In this document: positions 61,937-64,000 of the stretch, in pieces
Position numbering within the stretch: the first letter of the stretch is position 1
Layout of the letters: each line of letters opens with the position of its first letter
Origin: Podarcis vaucheri
Lineage: Eukaryota
Strand: one strand, 5' to 3'
Length of the DNA stretch: 64,000 bases
Assembly: GCA_965113315.1 (NCBI GenBank)
Contig: OZ220364.1
Program-made: the position numbers and the translations under genes
Notes under the pieces: generated by a model
Databases searched by the model: none
What the model was told of the DNA's origin: nothing
Seen by the model: only the letters and a program-made list of their open reading frames with translations

Positions 61937-62970
61937 GAGACACCAAAAATTAAACCTGGGAGCTTGTGCATGCAAACCACGTGCTCTGTCACTGAGCTCA
62001 GGGGTGTAGGAAGGAGGGTGTGGGGGTGTGGTCAGCCCCCGGGTGTCTTCCTTGAGGGGGGTGACAAAATGGCACACCACAGGGGTGGCACTTTCCGCGG
62101 GGCCTAACCTGCAGTGTGCCCAAGCCATGCTTCTGTCCTGGCAGTGACGCAGTGGCTCAGGGTCCAGCACTTCCCAAAATGACAGCGTGGGGCTTGTGTC
62201 CGCCAGGCAGACTCCGTGGGCAGCTCACCGTGCCGCCTCCCGGGCGCATAACCCCTCCCATATGGGCTGCCCCACTCCTACCACTCTGGGTGCCAGAGCA
62301 GCTAGCTATGCTCCTGAGTTACAGCCTTCATGCCTAAGCAGCAGCGCTGGGGAACAGCAGTGTCCATGGGGGTAGGTAGAGCTGTAGAGAGGAAGAGAAT
62401 ACAACCTTATACCTTGCTGCAGTGTCAACAGCAGACAGGATCTGCGAGGAAATAATAAATATGTTATTAAGATATTTTATAAGCAATTCTTTAAAAGGCC
62501 ATCTTTATGTGACACGTCTACCAGCCTTGAGCAAAGCCCAGAAACAGGCTTGGAGGACGGTATTCTACGCAGTTTGGTGCATCAGCAACATGTAGGAAAA
62601 TCTAATGAGTGTTATTGAGTTCTCTGCATACACACACAACAACAAAATCCAGCATTGCATGTTTGTCTACAAGTACAAACACCCAAACCCCACCCACATT
62701 CCACTCTGGAACTGCTGAAATGGCATGCAGAGAAGTGCTACAATAATTATAGTTTATAACTCTTCTGTATATTAATCTGGCATCTGAGATCTAATCACAT
62801 GGTTTCGAAGGCTATATTTTTCCCAGGGTGTTTGAACATGGTGCAGCATTCCGGAATGAACTCTTGTGTTGGGCCTGCTTGCGGTTTGCAATACTTATGG
62901 GCCAACACAATGCTGTCTTTTTATCAAATCTTTAAGAGCGCCCTACTTCTTCTTCTTCATTTTGGAAATC

Positions 62971-63840
62971 ATTTTTATTTGATTTTGCAAATACAGTGGT
63001 GCCCCGCAAGACGAATGCCTCGCAAGACGGAAAACTCGCTAGACGAAAGAGTTTTCCGTTTTGGAGGTGCTTCGCAAAACGAATTTCCTATGGGCTTGCT
63101 TCGCAAGACGACAATGTCTTGCGAGTTCCTGCTGGTTTTTTTCCTCCCCCCCCTTTTTCTAAGCCGCTAAGCTGCTTATCAGCTGATCCGATCAGCAGAT
63201 AAGCCGCTAAAAGCCTCTAATAGCGCTAATCCACTAATCCGTCAATGGGCTTGCTTCGCAAGACGAAAAAACCGCTAGACGAAGAGAATCACAGAACGGA
63301 TTCTTTTCGTCTTGTGAGGCACCACTGTACAATTTTGTAACAATCCAAATGCATATCCATATATAGAGATTATTCTGAATCTTGAGACACCTCCTCCATC
63401 CCCCTTCATGGATCCTATTGTCAACATTTACAACTGCATATTATTCCATAGTCTATATTTTATATCAATCCATATTGTCCATAATGTTTGTTACATTGCA
63501 AGTGAGATTAAAATCCTGCTGATGCTTTCATCTGCTTGCAGTGGTCTCTTAAATAAATATAAATTTCCCCCCACTCTGTTTTACAGTTTTTGTCCTCTTG
63601 GTCCCTGAGCTTTCCAGTCAGCTTTGCCATCTTGGCATAGTCCATCAGCTTCACTTGCCATTCCTATCTGGTAGGGACTTCTTCTTTCCATCTCTGGGCT
63701 AGTAGTATCTGCGTGGCTGTTGTCACATACATAAAATGTCTTTTCTGCTCCTTTGAATGCTGGTACTTATAATTCCTAATAAAAAAAGCTTCTGGTTTTT
63801 TTTAACAAAAGTTATTTTGAATATTTTTTTCATTTCATTA
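62971..63840 (-). mobile_element. L1 LINE 3' fragment interrupted by MITEs
   Basis: Minus strand encodes LLAQRWKEEVPT..WQVKLMDYAKMAKLTGKLRDQEDK, an L1 ORF2-like C-terminus. Confidence 0.8.
62994..63327. mobile_element. Tigger/pogo-like MITE (second family)
   Basis: TA|CAGTGGTGCC...GGCACCACTG|TA with internal cgcaagacgaa repeats. Confidence 0.88.
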
Positions 63841-64000
63841 CAGTGGTACCTCGGGTTAAGAACTCAATTCGTTCTGGAGGTCCGTTTTTAACCTGAAACT
63901 GTTCTTAACCTGAGGTACCACTTTAGCTAATGGGGCCTCCCACTGCCTCCGCGCCGCCACTGCGCAATTTCTGTTCTCATCCTGAAGAAAGTTCTTAATC
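63841..64000 (+). mobile_element. Tigger/pogo-like MITE cut by the window end
   Basis: TA|CAGTGGTACCTCGGGTTAAG; same family as 55714-55938. Confidence 0.9.

Noticed and set aside
62994-63327. CRISPR-like short repeats (cgcaagacgaa)
   Set aside because: Irregular subterminal repeats within a TIR-bounded MITE in eukaryotic DNA.
14728-64000. Vault RNA gene, expected between TGFBI and SMAD5 by synteny
   Set aside because: I looked by eye for box A (TAGCTCAGCGG) and box B (GGTTCGAGAC) with a terminal stem and found none. It may lie beyond the window; an Infernal search with the Rfam Vault model would decide.

Overview
Vertebrate genomic DNA, most likely a lacertid-type lizard (inferred from Sauria SINEs plus L1/L2/CR1/RTE and Tigger-like MITE content). 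Bases 189-14727 hold the last six coding exons (12-17) of TGFBI on the + strand, and its C-terminal RGD motif reads RSD. The rest is repeat-rich intergenic DNA. Two intact, very young retroelements dominate. (1) A Ty3/Gypsy chromovirus (4022-9581, minus) sits in TGFBI intron 13. It has apparently identical 453-bp LTRs, a -1 frameshift pseudoknot, a probable self-priming PBS, and a Pol that reads through U3 and carries an acidic FxGF (LEDGF/TND-binding-like) motif. (2) A full-length Ngaro tyrosine-recombinase retrotransposon (47804-55291, minus; A1-ORFs-B1-A2-spacer-B2) encodes Gag, RT/RNaseH, YR and an SGNH hydrolase. The best candidate for an undescribed system is its apparent expression logic: one phase-1 splice donor in gag and a phase-1 acceptor at the start of each of the RT, YR and SGNH frames, predicting a set of Gag-N-terminus fusion proteins. 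Also notable: a TSD-flanked chimera of antisense 7SK and an L1 3' end, a 49-bp fold-back hairpin in intron 12, two solo LTRs and several nested insertions. All calls were made by eye; no database search was run.
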